Of a stretch of 64,000 nucleotides of DNA, positions 41,887 through 55,585 are shown piece after piece; the stretch's first letter is position 1; each line of letters starts with the position of its first letter. The DNA comes from Chrysomallon squamiferum (Eukaryota > Animalia > Mollusca). The stretch lies in contig CM022667.1 of the NCBI GenBank assembly GCA_012295275.1, positions 18,042,001 to 18,106,000 on the forward strand, read 5' to 3'. Under the pieces are notes generated by a model. That model had not been told where the DNA came from. It saw only the letters and a program-made list of their open reading frames with translations, and ran no database searches. A program made the translations under genes and the position numbers.

Positions 41887-44800
41887 ATGGCAGGTTCCCG
41901 TGTTGGCAGTAGTCTAAAATCTAAAGTTTTGGCAGTTGTTGTCATTTTATTTTCAGTTATTTTTGCAGAACTGTACATCGTTAGATTGCACTGGGAAAGC
42001 AGAGCAATCATTTATAGAGTACACTATGTTTTGCTTATTGAAATGGTTCTTCTAATAATGACAATTTGTGTCTGGCGAGTGTTTGAAACTGTTTTTAAGT
42101 TTGATACGCTCACTAATATTTCTATAATTGATATTGTCAATGTTTTTCGACCATTAAATGTTACTTTAAAAAAAAACAAGGGTACCATTTCAGACAAATT
42201 ATATTTGCTTAAGTGTATTTGGAAACCTTTACTTTTTTCATACCTGTTTTTGTGCCATTTTAGTTATTTTACAAACTTATTTTTTATTGGAAAGGATCCA
42301 TATTTGATAGCATTTTTATGTTATGTTGCTCTTGGTTCATTCATACAGTTACTCGTAGGAATGTGTTTCTTTGGACTTCTGGAACTATTTTACAAATATT
42401 TTTTAAAAAAGCAGTTAGGCCTTTCTTTAAAATTGAAATTGATTTCCTCCATCACATATTCATTAATGATGTCATGCTATGGTTTGTACAATGCTGCTTA
42501 TGCGCCAACAATTAAAGCATATACTGTCCCAATCAAAAAGTTGCCAGACAGTTTTGAAGGATTTTGTATTGTTCAGTTGACTGATATACATCTTGGACCA
42601 ACTGTAGGAAATCGGAAAATGATGAAGATTGTAGAAAATGCTAACCAGCTAAATCCAGGTTGTTGTTTTTTTCTTTATTTCTTAGTAACGTTAGTTGTTG
42701 TTTTTTGTTTTTTTAAATTAAGGTTTTGTTAGCTTCCTAAAATAAAATTAGTAATACTTTGATAGAACATTTTAAATAATATTTTTTTTAGGCTAATTCT
42801 TTTGCATTGTTTCATTTGTTTTATTTTATCAAATAATATAATAATAAAGTTTGACAGTAATAGCATTCTGAACATTCCAACAGAGCACAAAATAAAATGG
42901 AAATAAAATGGAAATAAATATTTTATAATACTCCTGACTTGATAAAACATATGATATTCGAAAGACCTTCCAAGCTTATTCTCTAACAACAATTAATACT
43001 GGTGTTTGAAACTTTGCTAAGGTGACTAATGATAGTTTTGTTTTTTCCAGATATTGTTGTGTTAACTGGTGATCTTGTTGATGGGAGTGTAGCCAGACTG
43101 AAAGAAGCAGCAGAACCACTGGTACATCTACAATCCAAATATGGAAAATACTTCATTACTGGTATTTATGATTTTTTTTTTTTTTTTTTTTTTTTCCTAA
43201 CTAGTTTCAATTATAATTTTCATTGTTCATTTCAAATATCTTTTTCTTATATGTTTTGTAATGAAAAATACTTCATAACTGCTATTATGATTATATTGTA
43301 CTTTCAAAGAATAGAAAATAATTAAATTTTAGTTACACTGATAATTTTTAAAATTTGTGTAACTTTTTTCAAGAATTATGTTAAGAAAAATGCTTGATAT
43401 GTATGATTATATTGTACTTTCCAAAAAGTGAAACTAAATTTTCAACAATAATGTTCATTTTTGATTTTGGATGACTTTTACTTAAACATTTTATTTTTTA
43501 TTTTTTTTCATATTTCTATTTCTATAACATTTAATGTTCATTTGGATGAAAAGTAATATTTTATTATTTTTACAAGACCAAAGTTATTTCATTTTTAAAC
43601 ATTTTGAAGATGAAGTAAAATTATTGACAGAAGATTATTATTAGATTTTTCTTCAGGTAATCATGAGTATTACACTGGTGATGTAGATAACTGGTTCATT
43701 TACTTGCGTGAGCTAGGCTTTACAATATTAAACAATTCAAATGTCAAACTGCTCAGCTTACAGGACACTTTACAACAGATTTGTTTAGCAGGGACAGATG
43801 ATTTACAAGCTAATAAAATTGGGTATGTTAATTTAAATGTCTTCAGTTCATCATTATTGTTTTATTGAAAGTTTATTTTGCTGTATAAATCCACAAATAT
43901 CACAGACAAAAGTAAAGTTTTCCATAGAAGAATGTGAAATTCAGAATCTATCCAGTATTTGCCAATTTTGTAAAGTAATATATTTTAATCGCTCAATTCA
44001 GTTCATTCCTTTAAGTCTTTCCATTCCATGTTTTTTTTTTTTTGCCATAATTATATTTAAACTCATTATTTAACATTCGGTATTTTCAATTTAGTTGATC
44101 CCAGATAAATCTGTCCTAAAGTCAGCCCACTGCAAGTGAGAGAAAGCCAGTGTATATGTGTGTGAAACATGCCTATAGTTTATTTTTTATTTATTTTTTT
44201 AATTTAATTTTTTAAATTATTATTTCATTTTATTTTCTTTATTATTATTATTATTATTATTTTAATTTTTTTTAACAGTCATATTCTTCTGATTATTTGT
44301 TTATTAATTTAGTTATGGTGATCATGGCATGGATTTAGATAAAGCTTTGGGAACATGTGATCCAGATTACCCAACCGTTTTACTTTGCCACCAACCAAAA
44401 GCTGCAAAACTAGCATTAGATTCAACATACAGGATTGATCTTGTTATTGCAGGTGAGAAACTAGGATTTTTTAAAAACTTTTTATTCATTTCTGTTAAAA
44501 ATATACATTATAGAGCACAAGTAAAAACATTGGTATTGTTTAAATAATAGCTGTTATCATTACACACTAGCCCAATGGTTATTGATTTCTTGCTAAATTC
44601 TACACTTGATTAATGGCAGTAAAAATGTTATCACAACACTCAGATCTAAATCTGTTATGCTGATAATATCAGGATTTTTTAGAGATTTGGTGGTTGTTGT
44701 TTTTTGTTTGTTTTTTTCATTTTTTCATTTTTTCTTTTTCTTCTCTATCTCAAGTACCATTGATGGTCAGAACAAAATTCTTTTGGACTCTTACCTCTTT

Positions 44801-45051
44801 TTTTTCATATTTTGTTTAACGTAACACAAATTATCTGTCTGTTTTTTCTATGTTTAGGTCATACCCATGGTGGACAGATGTTTCCATTCATGATCCCAGT
44901 TTACTTAATGAACCCATTTTACGCAGGACTGTATAGGTATAAAGAAGACAGCTCTGTGTATGTTTCCATGGGGACTCAGTACTGGGGTGTTCCAATGAGG
45001 ATACTTACCACAATGGAAATTACAAAACTGGTGTTAAAAAAAAGGATGTGA
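41887..45051 (+). CDS. TMPPE: Transmembrane protein with metallophosphoesterase domain, 5 exons
   Basis: Exons 41887-42658, 43051-43161, 43657-43822, 44313-44452, 44858-45051. Several hydrophobic N-terminal segments, then calcineurin-like motifs QLTDIHLGPTVG, TGDLVD, TGNHEYY, LLCHQP, GHTHGGQMFP, YWGVPMR. Confidence 0.94.
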
Positions 45052-48000
45052 AAGTCATATTTTATTGCTTATGTGCCAAATGTTTATATTTTGTCAGATT
45101 TTACCACAATGGAAGTTACAAAGTTTTTATTAACAGAGAGTGGGGAAAAGTCACATTCATTTACTGATGTGCCAAATTATTTATTAAGAAAATCTATAAT
45201 CTATTGATTCTGTGATTATATCCATTGATAACTATGAAAAACTCTCATTCAAACATCCACACAGTATCAACATACAAACTCATACGAACAATATTAAGTC
45301 ATTTTCTACATTTGAATATATGTTTTATCATTTTTAATGGAAGTTGTGATAAACTGAAATATCAACTAGCATATCACAGAGAAATATTATTTTTTACTCT
45401 TTTTGTTACAGAAATATTCTCTTTTTTTTAACTACCGTTACCCATTTGAATGTTTGTTATTTGTAGTCATTGTATAAAATCATTTAATTATATTAACATT
45501 TGCTGGTGATTGAAGTCGGCAGATATGTGAATTGTCCTGTATTTGCTAACACACAATTTATAAAACATTTTTTATCAGTCTTCAGAGACAGATAATTTGC
45601 TAAAAGTCCATGCATTTTAAGGTTTTTGCAGTGTCAGAGCCTTACTAAAAGTCTTAATGAATTTCTTTCTGAGTTATAGGTTTAATGTGATCTTGAAGTT
45701 GCCCTGCTTGGATTATTTTGCAACCAGTTTCATGGGCACCATCTGTAAGAAAGTGAAGTAACCTATATTATATGTAATGAAACAAGTTACCAAGAGTAAT
45801 TTTTTAAAATCAAACAAGATCATGATGATTTCTATTTAATATATGTGTATAATTTTATTATTATTATTATATTTATTTATATTTTTATTACATTAGAAAC
45901 ATATATAGTTTATCCCATATTCAATCATTTAACAATAATTAATCAATCAATAAATCAATTAGTCTGTACTTTCTGATCAGGGTATTCACACAGAACTGAT
46001 ATCTGAATATTGATTTGCAGAGAATAAAACCTGGATATATTTAGTCTAAAGATAAAAACTAAATGACACAAATTTCAACAACTGTTGTAATGTGTTTATT
46101 TATATTCTTGTTTTTCTTTTCTTTTGTATATATATATATATGATACAATAATTACATGATTCATTCTTTATCACTAACTGTCTTTCAGTTATTTGTATAC
46201 TGTTTCATGTCTATTTGTGAATGTTTTCACACACACACACACACACACATACACACACACACAGATATATATATATATATATATATATAATCTTTTAAAT
46301 TGTAAAAATTAACATTTTTCTCTATGTTTTTACTTTGTCTGTCTAGTCATTTATCTTTCATTTTGATTCATCCCTAACACATGAATTATTATTTCTCAAA
46401 TGGAATTGATTGTAAAAACATAAAAACTAATTTTGTTTTATAAATACATTTGTAAATATAGGTAAATATGTTTTCTTTGGTATGATAAATATATTTATTA
46501 GATATTCTAGCTATCTGATTTGACATAGTTGTAGATGAAAATGTTCTGTTTGATTTTAAATTAACACACTTTATCTAAAATTGTTGCATGGTTTAAAAAT
46601 CTAGTTACATAAGAATACATTATCTTCACAAGAACTATGTGTGATAGTAATTCATAAAACTGAGACAAAAATCATGCATGTCTAGATGTACCAAAAAGTT
46701 GTATGTTTTTCAACCATTCCAAGGACAACAAATTATTGAATTAATAATTAATACTGTATAAAAGTTGTTGTTGTTGTTGTAAATGAAACAATAACTGAGA
46801 AGTACATAAAATTATTCTGGATCTTTGTACACCAGAGATATATTAATATAATGCTTCTTTCATAGCATCACTCATAAAAACAGAAATATAGCATTAAAGC
46901 TAGTAGTAATAATAGAATGTTTGGAATACCTCAGATAATCTGGCCATTATGATTAAATTGAGCACTACATTAATGTATGTTTACAAAAGTGTTCTGATCT
47001 TCAAGCCTGTTTGTGATAAAGAAAAACTTCTTTGTAAAATTTCACACTTCCCCACCAATTCACCTTTTAAGAGTGATGGCTAAGAAGTTATAAACTAATG
47101 GAGCAAGAAGTATTGCGTGCCAGGCAAAATATGCACCACCAATTTAAAACATTAAAACAAGTACTATTAAACTTATTATCACAGAGAGGTGCTTTTTTTT
47201 GAAATCTTAACTGCTTGATCATTCTTATTTTTTATGGCTGCCTGCAGTTTTTATGGTAATTGTCTGGTTTTGCCTTCATGAAATGATACACAATCTAGAG
47301 ATGTTGTGTAAACTCTCAAAAGTTAAGTAAGTACCGTGATTTTTTTAATTTATTTAACAAAAGAAGATGAGTCAGGAGTGGTTTATTTCATTGCTAATTT
47401 TAAAACATCAGTGCAGTTCAAATGCATTAAAGATTTTGTTCACAGTTTGGTGAATCATCACACTGTGTAATAAATTATAATTTATTTCCTTCAATACAAT
47501 TGTATATTGCTCTGTGAAACCTAAAGTTAGAAACTGTTTTTATTATACTGACGTGTGATTGCAGAACTTGATCAATTAGAGTATTATTTTTCTTGAAAAC
47601 TGTGACCTGGTTTTTAAATTTACAATGGTTTTTTTTGAATATTTTTTCTTTCTTTATGAAAAAGTACCTTAATTCTATAATGAATATTTTATTATTCTTT
47701 ATATTTCAATTATTATTAGTTTTGTATGTTAAAAAAAAAATTAATAAAAATAAAAATTCAATCTAAAGGAAAAATTCCACTGTGTAACAATCTAAATCAT
47801 CTTTTTCTGTAATTTATACTGACACAGATTTACTTTAAAAATTACTAATGGCTGATATTTACAACAGCTGTCTTTAGCAAAATTCTTTTCATTTTGGATT
47901 ACATATATATATATATAAACTGAATTTTTACATTTAAACTTAAAAATTTCTGTCAAAACTGACATTTGGCTTTTAGTTTTATAAGTACACAAGAACAATT

Positions 48001-51000
48001 TCAAATATGTGCAATTTTGCTTAAAAGATTGAGTCTTTAAATCTCATTACCCTATCAAACGTTTATTTGATATTTTGTTATACTCCATCAGTGGTATAAT
48101 TAACACTTCATTAAACTCGAAGTAGAAATAATATATGGGTGAGGATGTGGTTTTATATATATATATATATATATGTATCTGTCCGTAGAGGGAGCTTAAA
48201 AAACAAATCACAGAAACTGAGTATTCATATGAATTTTAGAAAGTAAAAGAAAGATAAATAAAATTCAGAATACCAAAGTTTCACTTGAGTCTGGTTTTTA
48301 ACTAGTCAATTTCACTCTACAACGACAAACAATATAGATCACATGAAGTGATTCAGGTTTTTAATTCTTCTTTCTTAAAATAGAGTTGCTAGAATGTTGT
48401 CACTGGCAGATATAAATATTTATTATATTCCTGAATTTATTGAAACTTGTTATAAGAAAAAAAGCTATAAAAATGTTTAATATTATAGATGATGCATATG
48501 CTTCAGTGTTGTTTATATATATTATTAGTATTTTTTTAAAATTTATTGAATCTAGATATTTTAGAATAAAGCATCACAAACCAGATTTGGTTTCTGCAGT
48601 GATAATTAACAGATGTAAGAATTGACATTGAAAACTGTATTAGTGGGTCATGATGCTGTCACTCTATCATGACAAAAAATAAACATGTCACAGTATAGGT
48701 CACTTTTATCATGGAGACACTAAGTTCCTGTCATGTGGTCATTCCCAACTTCACCTGTTGATTAATTCACCCCTATCACATCACTTCAGCCCCTTTAATA
48801 ACAGATCTCTCTGTCTCACTTCACACTTTATTCTGAGAAAGAAAAAAAAAAACCACTAGCTCCCATCTGACCAGTCCAAGCAGCCAAAAGACATTTGCTG
48901 CACTCTGATTGGTTGAAGTAATTGTGTATGGCATTTACCTGAGCACTGCAATGGATGGGTGAGTAGTACCCACTGAGTGTATCGTTGTCAGTGGGTGTGG
49001 GTGTGGGTTGCAGCCAGTGAGTTTTTTTTAGCAGGAAGATCAGTGGTCAGTTTGACAGTGTGGAGTTATAATGTGGCTGGGAATTGTGTGGGATGCTTGG
49101 AGGTGAAAAACTCAGCAATGAATGTTACCTTTCTACAGAACATTACTGTCATTGTTACTTAACAAAATAAACATTTAAAATTTCATTTATTTTGCATTAA
49201 TGAATTCTGATCATAAAATATGTTGTTGCTTGACATGATTATTACTGTGAATGATCCTGTGGATTACATATGAAAAAAATGGAATAATGCAAATTATTCA
49301 CATTTCACCAAAAAACAGATCAAAGCTATCTGAAATTACATCCCATTCTGATGATAAAGTTTAAGACAATTTGTGGCTTGTTTAATATAAAGAAAAATGA
49401 AAAGAGAAGAATAATTATTTCTGCATTCTCTAAAGGATTACAAACATTAAATACAAACAGTGGTTTCTGAAGGTGAAACAGAAGTCTTCATTTAATAAGT
49501 CTTTCTGTGTTAATTGTCTGTGATGGATGTTAGGTCACATGAGTGGGATGTTGTTCTGCTGTTGATGGTAAATATAAAATTTATTTTAATTGGCCAGTTA
49601 CAGCCCTGCATGACTGTATGTACAAATATCATTATATTTCATATTAAAAGATAACTGTAATTTTATTTATTTTTTGATAATGCACACACGCACAGATATA
49701 CACATTTAAAAACACATATACAGAGTTATAATTGTAAAACAAATTAATAAAAGTTTATTTTTCAAATATGAAAATTAGAAAATGACCATTATTTACTGGT
49801 ATTCTGCAAGAATGATGTTTTTCTTTTTATTAGACATGAGTGTATGTTTTCTTTCTCATCAGCCTTTAAAATATTCATGTTCCATTAGTTTTAGCAGTGC
49901 TCACTGAACCAAGCAGAGATATAAAAATATTGCTTATTTAGCCTTCCCAGCCACTTCTACTGGGAATTGGTTTACAATTGTTTTATGTCACAGACATCAT
50001 TCAGTGATAAATTGTAGAGAAGCTGAGGTAATCTATTCTTGTTGTGTTTCATTCTCTGGTTAAAAAAAGTTTCAAATCACCATTCAGGCAGTGGATCTTA
50101 TAATGTAGGTATTGTTTTATAGCAAAATAAAAGGTCACAAAAATAAATAAATATCACAGGTCAAATAGATTGAGAATTTTTTTTTTTTTTACCTTCTTCA
50201 GTTCAGTCAATGATTAATGCCTATCTCTACAAATTGTTTAATTAATTTTAATTTAAAAAAATGTCATTTAATTAATTTTTTTATGGTTCAATTAACTTAA
50301 ATGACATAACTTTTTATTTTGGTTGTATTCAATAGTAGATAATAAAAAAACTAATTGGTTTAATTGTTTTTTTACAAACCTAGACATCTATGAAGTGGCA
50401 AATTGTGCTTTTAAAACATCACTGAAAATTAACCTTTTTTTGTTATTTAATGTGTTATTAAATTTAATGTCACATAATATTTTATTTTTGATTTTTAAAA
50501 AACCACAAAAAAACTTAAAGTTATACATAAAAAACAAATTGTACTGCTATATTGTCATAAGATTTGTTAAAATACAAAGATTTTGATTAAAAGTGGTTTC
50601 TTTTCTTTTTGATTAATATGAGATGTGCTGAATCAGAATATAAATTTTTTTGTTACAAATTATTTTCTGTGTAAATAAAATAAAAATAAAATTTACCTGC
50701 TAGCTGGTGGCTGCTATTTCATTGCAGGGAAGTGGCCATGAATAACAGAAAGTTAATCATTTTCAGGATGTCACAACCATGTCTAACCAATTAACTTGTC
50801 TGTACAGCTTATGCTTGTACCTCTTAGTTTGTTAATTTTATCTTCTGTCAGTAGATAAAATTCGTCATTCATAATTAAAAAGTTATCAACCATCTTTCTC
50901 TGTCATTCAAACTCTCTCTTGAGTCTCTTTGTATGTGCGTGTGTGAGAGACAGAGGGAAGGGAAGGATGTTTTTCCTATAAGTTTTTTTTTTTTTTCAGC

Positions 51001-52805
51001 AGGCCCTAAAGCAAAGGTAGCATGTCAAGAAATTACTTAAAACTTATTAGAATTCAGCATGATTATTATATGACATAGCTTACAAATCTTTGTAACTGAA
51101 GCTTAATTATTCAGTATGATAAATTTAGAAATTTTGCCAATCTGATCTTCTTCCATGTTATATTATTATCATTTTCATGTTACAAGCTCATAGTAATCTA
51201 CAAAATATCTTATAGTATTATTATTTCTATTAAATTTACAATTCCACAGAACTCAATAAATAGGTTTTATTTATAAACAATACTTTCAGCTGATATCAAA
51301 ATATTTGTCTGTTTAATTGATTTAGTTATTCAGTAAACCATCTCTCCTATATTTACCATTCAGCAGCTGTGTGTCTGACACAGCAAGTAATTACCAGTGA
51401 CACGTATCAGATGAAATTTCAGAACTTAGTTACCATAGAATCACTTGAAAAACAAAAGAAAAGCCACCCTAACAAGGGCTATTTTAGGTAGATAAAAATA
51501 AAGCATCAGTGACAAACAAAAAATTATTAACAAGAGGAGAATGGTAGCAAATATTGCACATACACACAGATACACAAACATAGACACACACACACACACG
51601 ATATATATCCATGCATACTTATACACATATATACATATATATAAATGCACACACAAACATACATACACACATAAACAAAAGCATAAAAATGCAATCATAT
51701 ATACAGATATATAAACACACCACACTCACCCATAAACACACACACAAATATTTTTAAATCATAACAGTCCTTCCTGCCAGTAATGACTAATAAAACTAAT
51801 AAAATAGTGAGGAAGTTATCAAGTGAGTTTGCATACTGTCAGGATATATTTAAATATTTATTAATTTTCAAGTCTATCTTCTGGCACTAATTTCCACCTC
51901 ACTTTTAATCTTCTGCACTGAATTGTTCAGTTTATTTCTCTGTTTGATACTTCAACCCACACCTAGTGCTCACATAATTAACTCTATATTACTTTTATTT
52001 GTTTTGTTTTCAGTTTGCAGTGGTTAAAAAAAGCCTCAGCATACTTGATCTGCCTGCTTGTGGGATAGAATGGCAAAGATTATCATTTAATTAGTTTTGT
52101 TGCTGTTACTTCCCACTGTGTTGTGCTTCTTGCTCTAAAGCAACCATGCTTAGCCCTTATTTTTTTATTTTTTTATTTATTTAATTATTATTTCTTTTAT
52201 TTCTTTTATTTTTATTTTAGGTCATCTCCTCTTGTAAAATAACTTTGAAGCTTGTCATCCCCAAAGTTAAGTTAATCTCTAGTCCAATAACAATGAATTG
52301 TGTAGTGAAATTATAATATAAATACATACAGCCCCCACTCTGGATTTACGCAGCACCTGTTATACAGAGTTCTGGAATCTTATTACAAAATATAGGAATA
52401 GCTGCCTGACACTGGTTTAGGTCCGTTTGTTAGAAGAACAGTAATAATGTTTAACATTTGCTCCACCAGTTAAAGTCATAGAACATTACATAATCACCAT
52501 TTTACAGTTTTATGTATTACTCAGTCTATTGAGTTTTTCTAACATTTGAGAAAGTAAAAAAGGCCTTTTATACTGAGTTGTAGCTTTATGTTTTGTGTGA
52601 TTAATGATTTTTTAAACAGTATTTTTTATTCTTAATTTTTAATGTTTATGCTTAGGTAAAAATAAATAATATATTATTTTGTCGTGTGTAATCATCTTAA
52701 ATAGTAATTTTATACTGATTTTGTACCCATAAAAATAGGCTCACATCTGTTTTAATTAGTTAGATTTATCAGAATCCTTAATCCTTAATTTCTGATGTTT
52801 ATAGT

Positions 52806-53133
52806 GCATGATATTCCTCTTGAAATGATTTTTCCATTTGTCATGGTGTTCCACTGGTCATAGTTTCTACTTGTCATGTTGTTCCACTTCTCAGAGTGTT
52901 CTACTTGTCACGATGTTTGACCTATAATATTCTACATGTCATGGTTCCACTTACCATGGGGTACCACTTAGCATGGTTTCCACTTGTTCTGCTTGTCACT
53001 GTGTTCCACTTGTCATGGTGTTCCACTTACCATAGTGTTCTACTTTAATGGTGTACCTCTTATCATGGTATTCCACTGATCATGGTGTTCCACTTTTAAT
53101 TGTTCTACTTGTCATGGTGTTCCACTTGCCATG
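52806..53133. repeat. 17-bp minisatellite (consensus TTGTCATGGTGTTCCAC), roughly 18 degenerate copies
   Basis: Head-to-tail recurrence without unique spacers. Confidence 0.9.
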
Positions 53134-54207
53134 TAACACAGGTGCTGCATATTATAAAAAAAAAAAATGTCTTTTAATCCATTCAGAGACTATTGGTTTA
53201 TTAAATGTAATATTTGCTTAACTCTTATACAACCTCTCATGCTTTTACTTTCCCATCTTCTGTGTAAGTTAACTGATAACAATCCTGTCAGATTAGATTA
53301 TTAATACTTATATATAAACCATATATATTTAAAAACCAGAATTATATACATGATATAAAAAGCCAATATAGATAATCTTCACATTTGCATTAAATAATCA
53401 GCAAGACAGATATTCTATTATATAACAGCTTTAAAAAAACCACCATTTATTCTGTACAAGAAATAAAAATTCAGATTCAAAATGATCGGAAATATAGATG
53501 TTTATTAACAGATCTTACAATAACAAAATGAGTTATTAAACTTTATTTTGACAATAAAAATAAAAATTTAATTTAAATACAATTGTCCCTATGATGTTTC
53601 AGTCTCTAGAAGTATTGTGAGACATTAAGTAAATTTTTCTGTTTTCAGTAAACTGCTCCATTGATCATTTATTTAGATATCCCACAAATCTCCTCACAGT
53701 TTACCTGTATTGGAAACAAATATTTCACTGGTGTGTACATGATGACCACTGGTCACAGAGGTCAGCTAACAGTGGCCATTGTTTTCACAGAAAGTGGACA
53801 TGTCAGTGAAATGATGGGTCAGTGATGTGGAATGTAACAAGGCAGGAAATGTATCTCTTTACACAAACCTAGTCCAGTCTGAGACCACAAATAAATGTCC
53901 AGAGAAATAAAACTAGTCTATGTCAGATTAATTCACATTAACAATAATTACTGAAATAAATACAAGAGAGCCCTTGATATATTATATTATATAAGTTTGT
54001 TAAATAGAACAATGATCATAATATCCTATAAATCAGAGAAATAAAACTATTTTATTTCAAAGTAACTGGTATCAGCAGATTGAAATATACCAGAATAATC
54101 ATCACTTTCATCTCAAAGTCCAAGTGGGCTGACATGAGACAGTTCAACTTCTACTCAACCATTTCATTGTGGATGATGATGAAGTACTTGGATAAAAATC
54201 TGGTCTT

Positions 54208-55585
54208 TTGACATAGACAATGTGACACAAACAATGTGACATATAAACAAAGTCAGTGTGACAATGTGACATAAACAAAGAAACAGTGTGACATAGATAG
54301 TGTGACACAGACAATGTGACATAAACAAAGATATGCAATGTGACATAGTGTGACCCAGACAATGTGACATATAAACAAAGATATGCAGTGTGACATAGTG
54401 TGACCCAGACAATGTGACATATAAACAAAGATATGCAGTGTGACATAGTGTGACACAAACTGTGACATAAACAAAGATATGCAATGTGGCATAGTGTGAC
54501 ACAATGTGACATAAACAAAGATATGCAATGTGACATAGATAGTGTGACACAGACAATGTGACATAAACAAAGATATGCAATGTGACATATAAACAAAGAC
54601 ACACAGTGATATATAGACAGAGATGAACTGGGTGACAAAGACATAATGTAACACACTGACAAAGAATAATGTCTTACATATACAGGGTGTCCCAAAAGTA
54701 ACCGAACTGCAAACTTAAAAAAAAAAAAAAATTTAATTCCATCTTTTATGTCATTTTATGTTACCTTTTGTACTATTCATTTACTTCCGTCAGCAGTAGT
54801 CTTTGGAATGATTTTTGTTACCTGACTGTAGTGTTCTTCGTGATCAAGACTTCTGTTTTACTGCAACAACGCAGACATCTATCACACGGTCTTTTAATAC
54901 TGTTCATGTTCTCCTAGGCATTCCATGTTCTTTCTCTTGCAGCTCACTCTCCGGACAGTTGCTTTCTGTACTGCAATAAAGGCAGACGTTACACCTGAAT
55001 CTTTTCGCTGGTCTTATTGGTTTTGTTCCTACATCATAGCTCGATTCTTATTCAGCTCGCACTACTGGATTCTCCATGGTTTGACTTTGCAAACTTGCCA
55101 AAAAGTATGTCACAGTGTTGTCAAAAGGTGTCGTGATTGTACTGAAGTTCAAGGTAGACATTTTGAACATTTGTAAATACTAAATATACAGATTAAATTT
55201 GTTGTTTTTAATATCTAATTTTATTTAAGTTTGCAGTTCGGTTACTTTTGGGACACCCTGTAGACAATGACACAGTGTAACATATAGACAAAGAATCAGA
55301 GTGTTATACAAAGACTGTGACAGAGACAAATATATATGAACTGACATATAGACAGATGCATTGTGTGATGTATATATGATGATACAGTGTTGATAGAAAC
55401 ATACAACTGTAACATACCTGTGACATATAGACAGAGACATTATGTGGCATAGAAACACAAGTTGAAATATACAAAAAGATGCAGTGTGACATGTAGACAA
55501 AGACACAGGTAATGTGCCATAGACAACTCACACAATGACATAGACTGAGACACACACAATGTGACATATAGTCAAAGACACATAA
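54208..55585. repeat. TGTGACA-based minisatellite with ~50-bp higher-order unit, interrupted by a MITE
   Basis: Unit ACAATGTGACATA(TA)AACAAAGATATGCA(A/G)TGTGACATAGTGTGAC(A/C)CAG is well preserved at 54230-54600 and degenerate at 55263-55585. Confidence 0.9.
54683..55260 (+). mobile_element. Tc1/mariner-superfamily MITE, probably young
   Basis: Perfect 37-bp TIR CAGGGTGTCCCAAAAGTAACCGAACTGCAAACTTAAA with TA on both sides; remnant CQKVCHSVVKRCRDCTEVQGRHFEHL* just inside the right TIR is typical of mariner-like transposase C-termini. Confidence 0.92.

Noticed and set aside
52806-53133. Regular short repeats resembling a CRISPR array
   Set aside because: Head-to-tail units without unique spacers, no cas genes, eukaryotic context.
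54144-55567. Long Cys/His-rich ORFs (183, 146, 133 aa and shorter)
   Set aside because: Open in all three minus frames because the minisatellite lacks stops on that strand.
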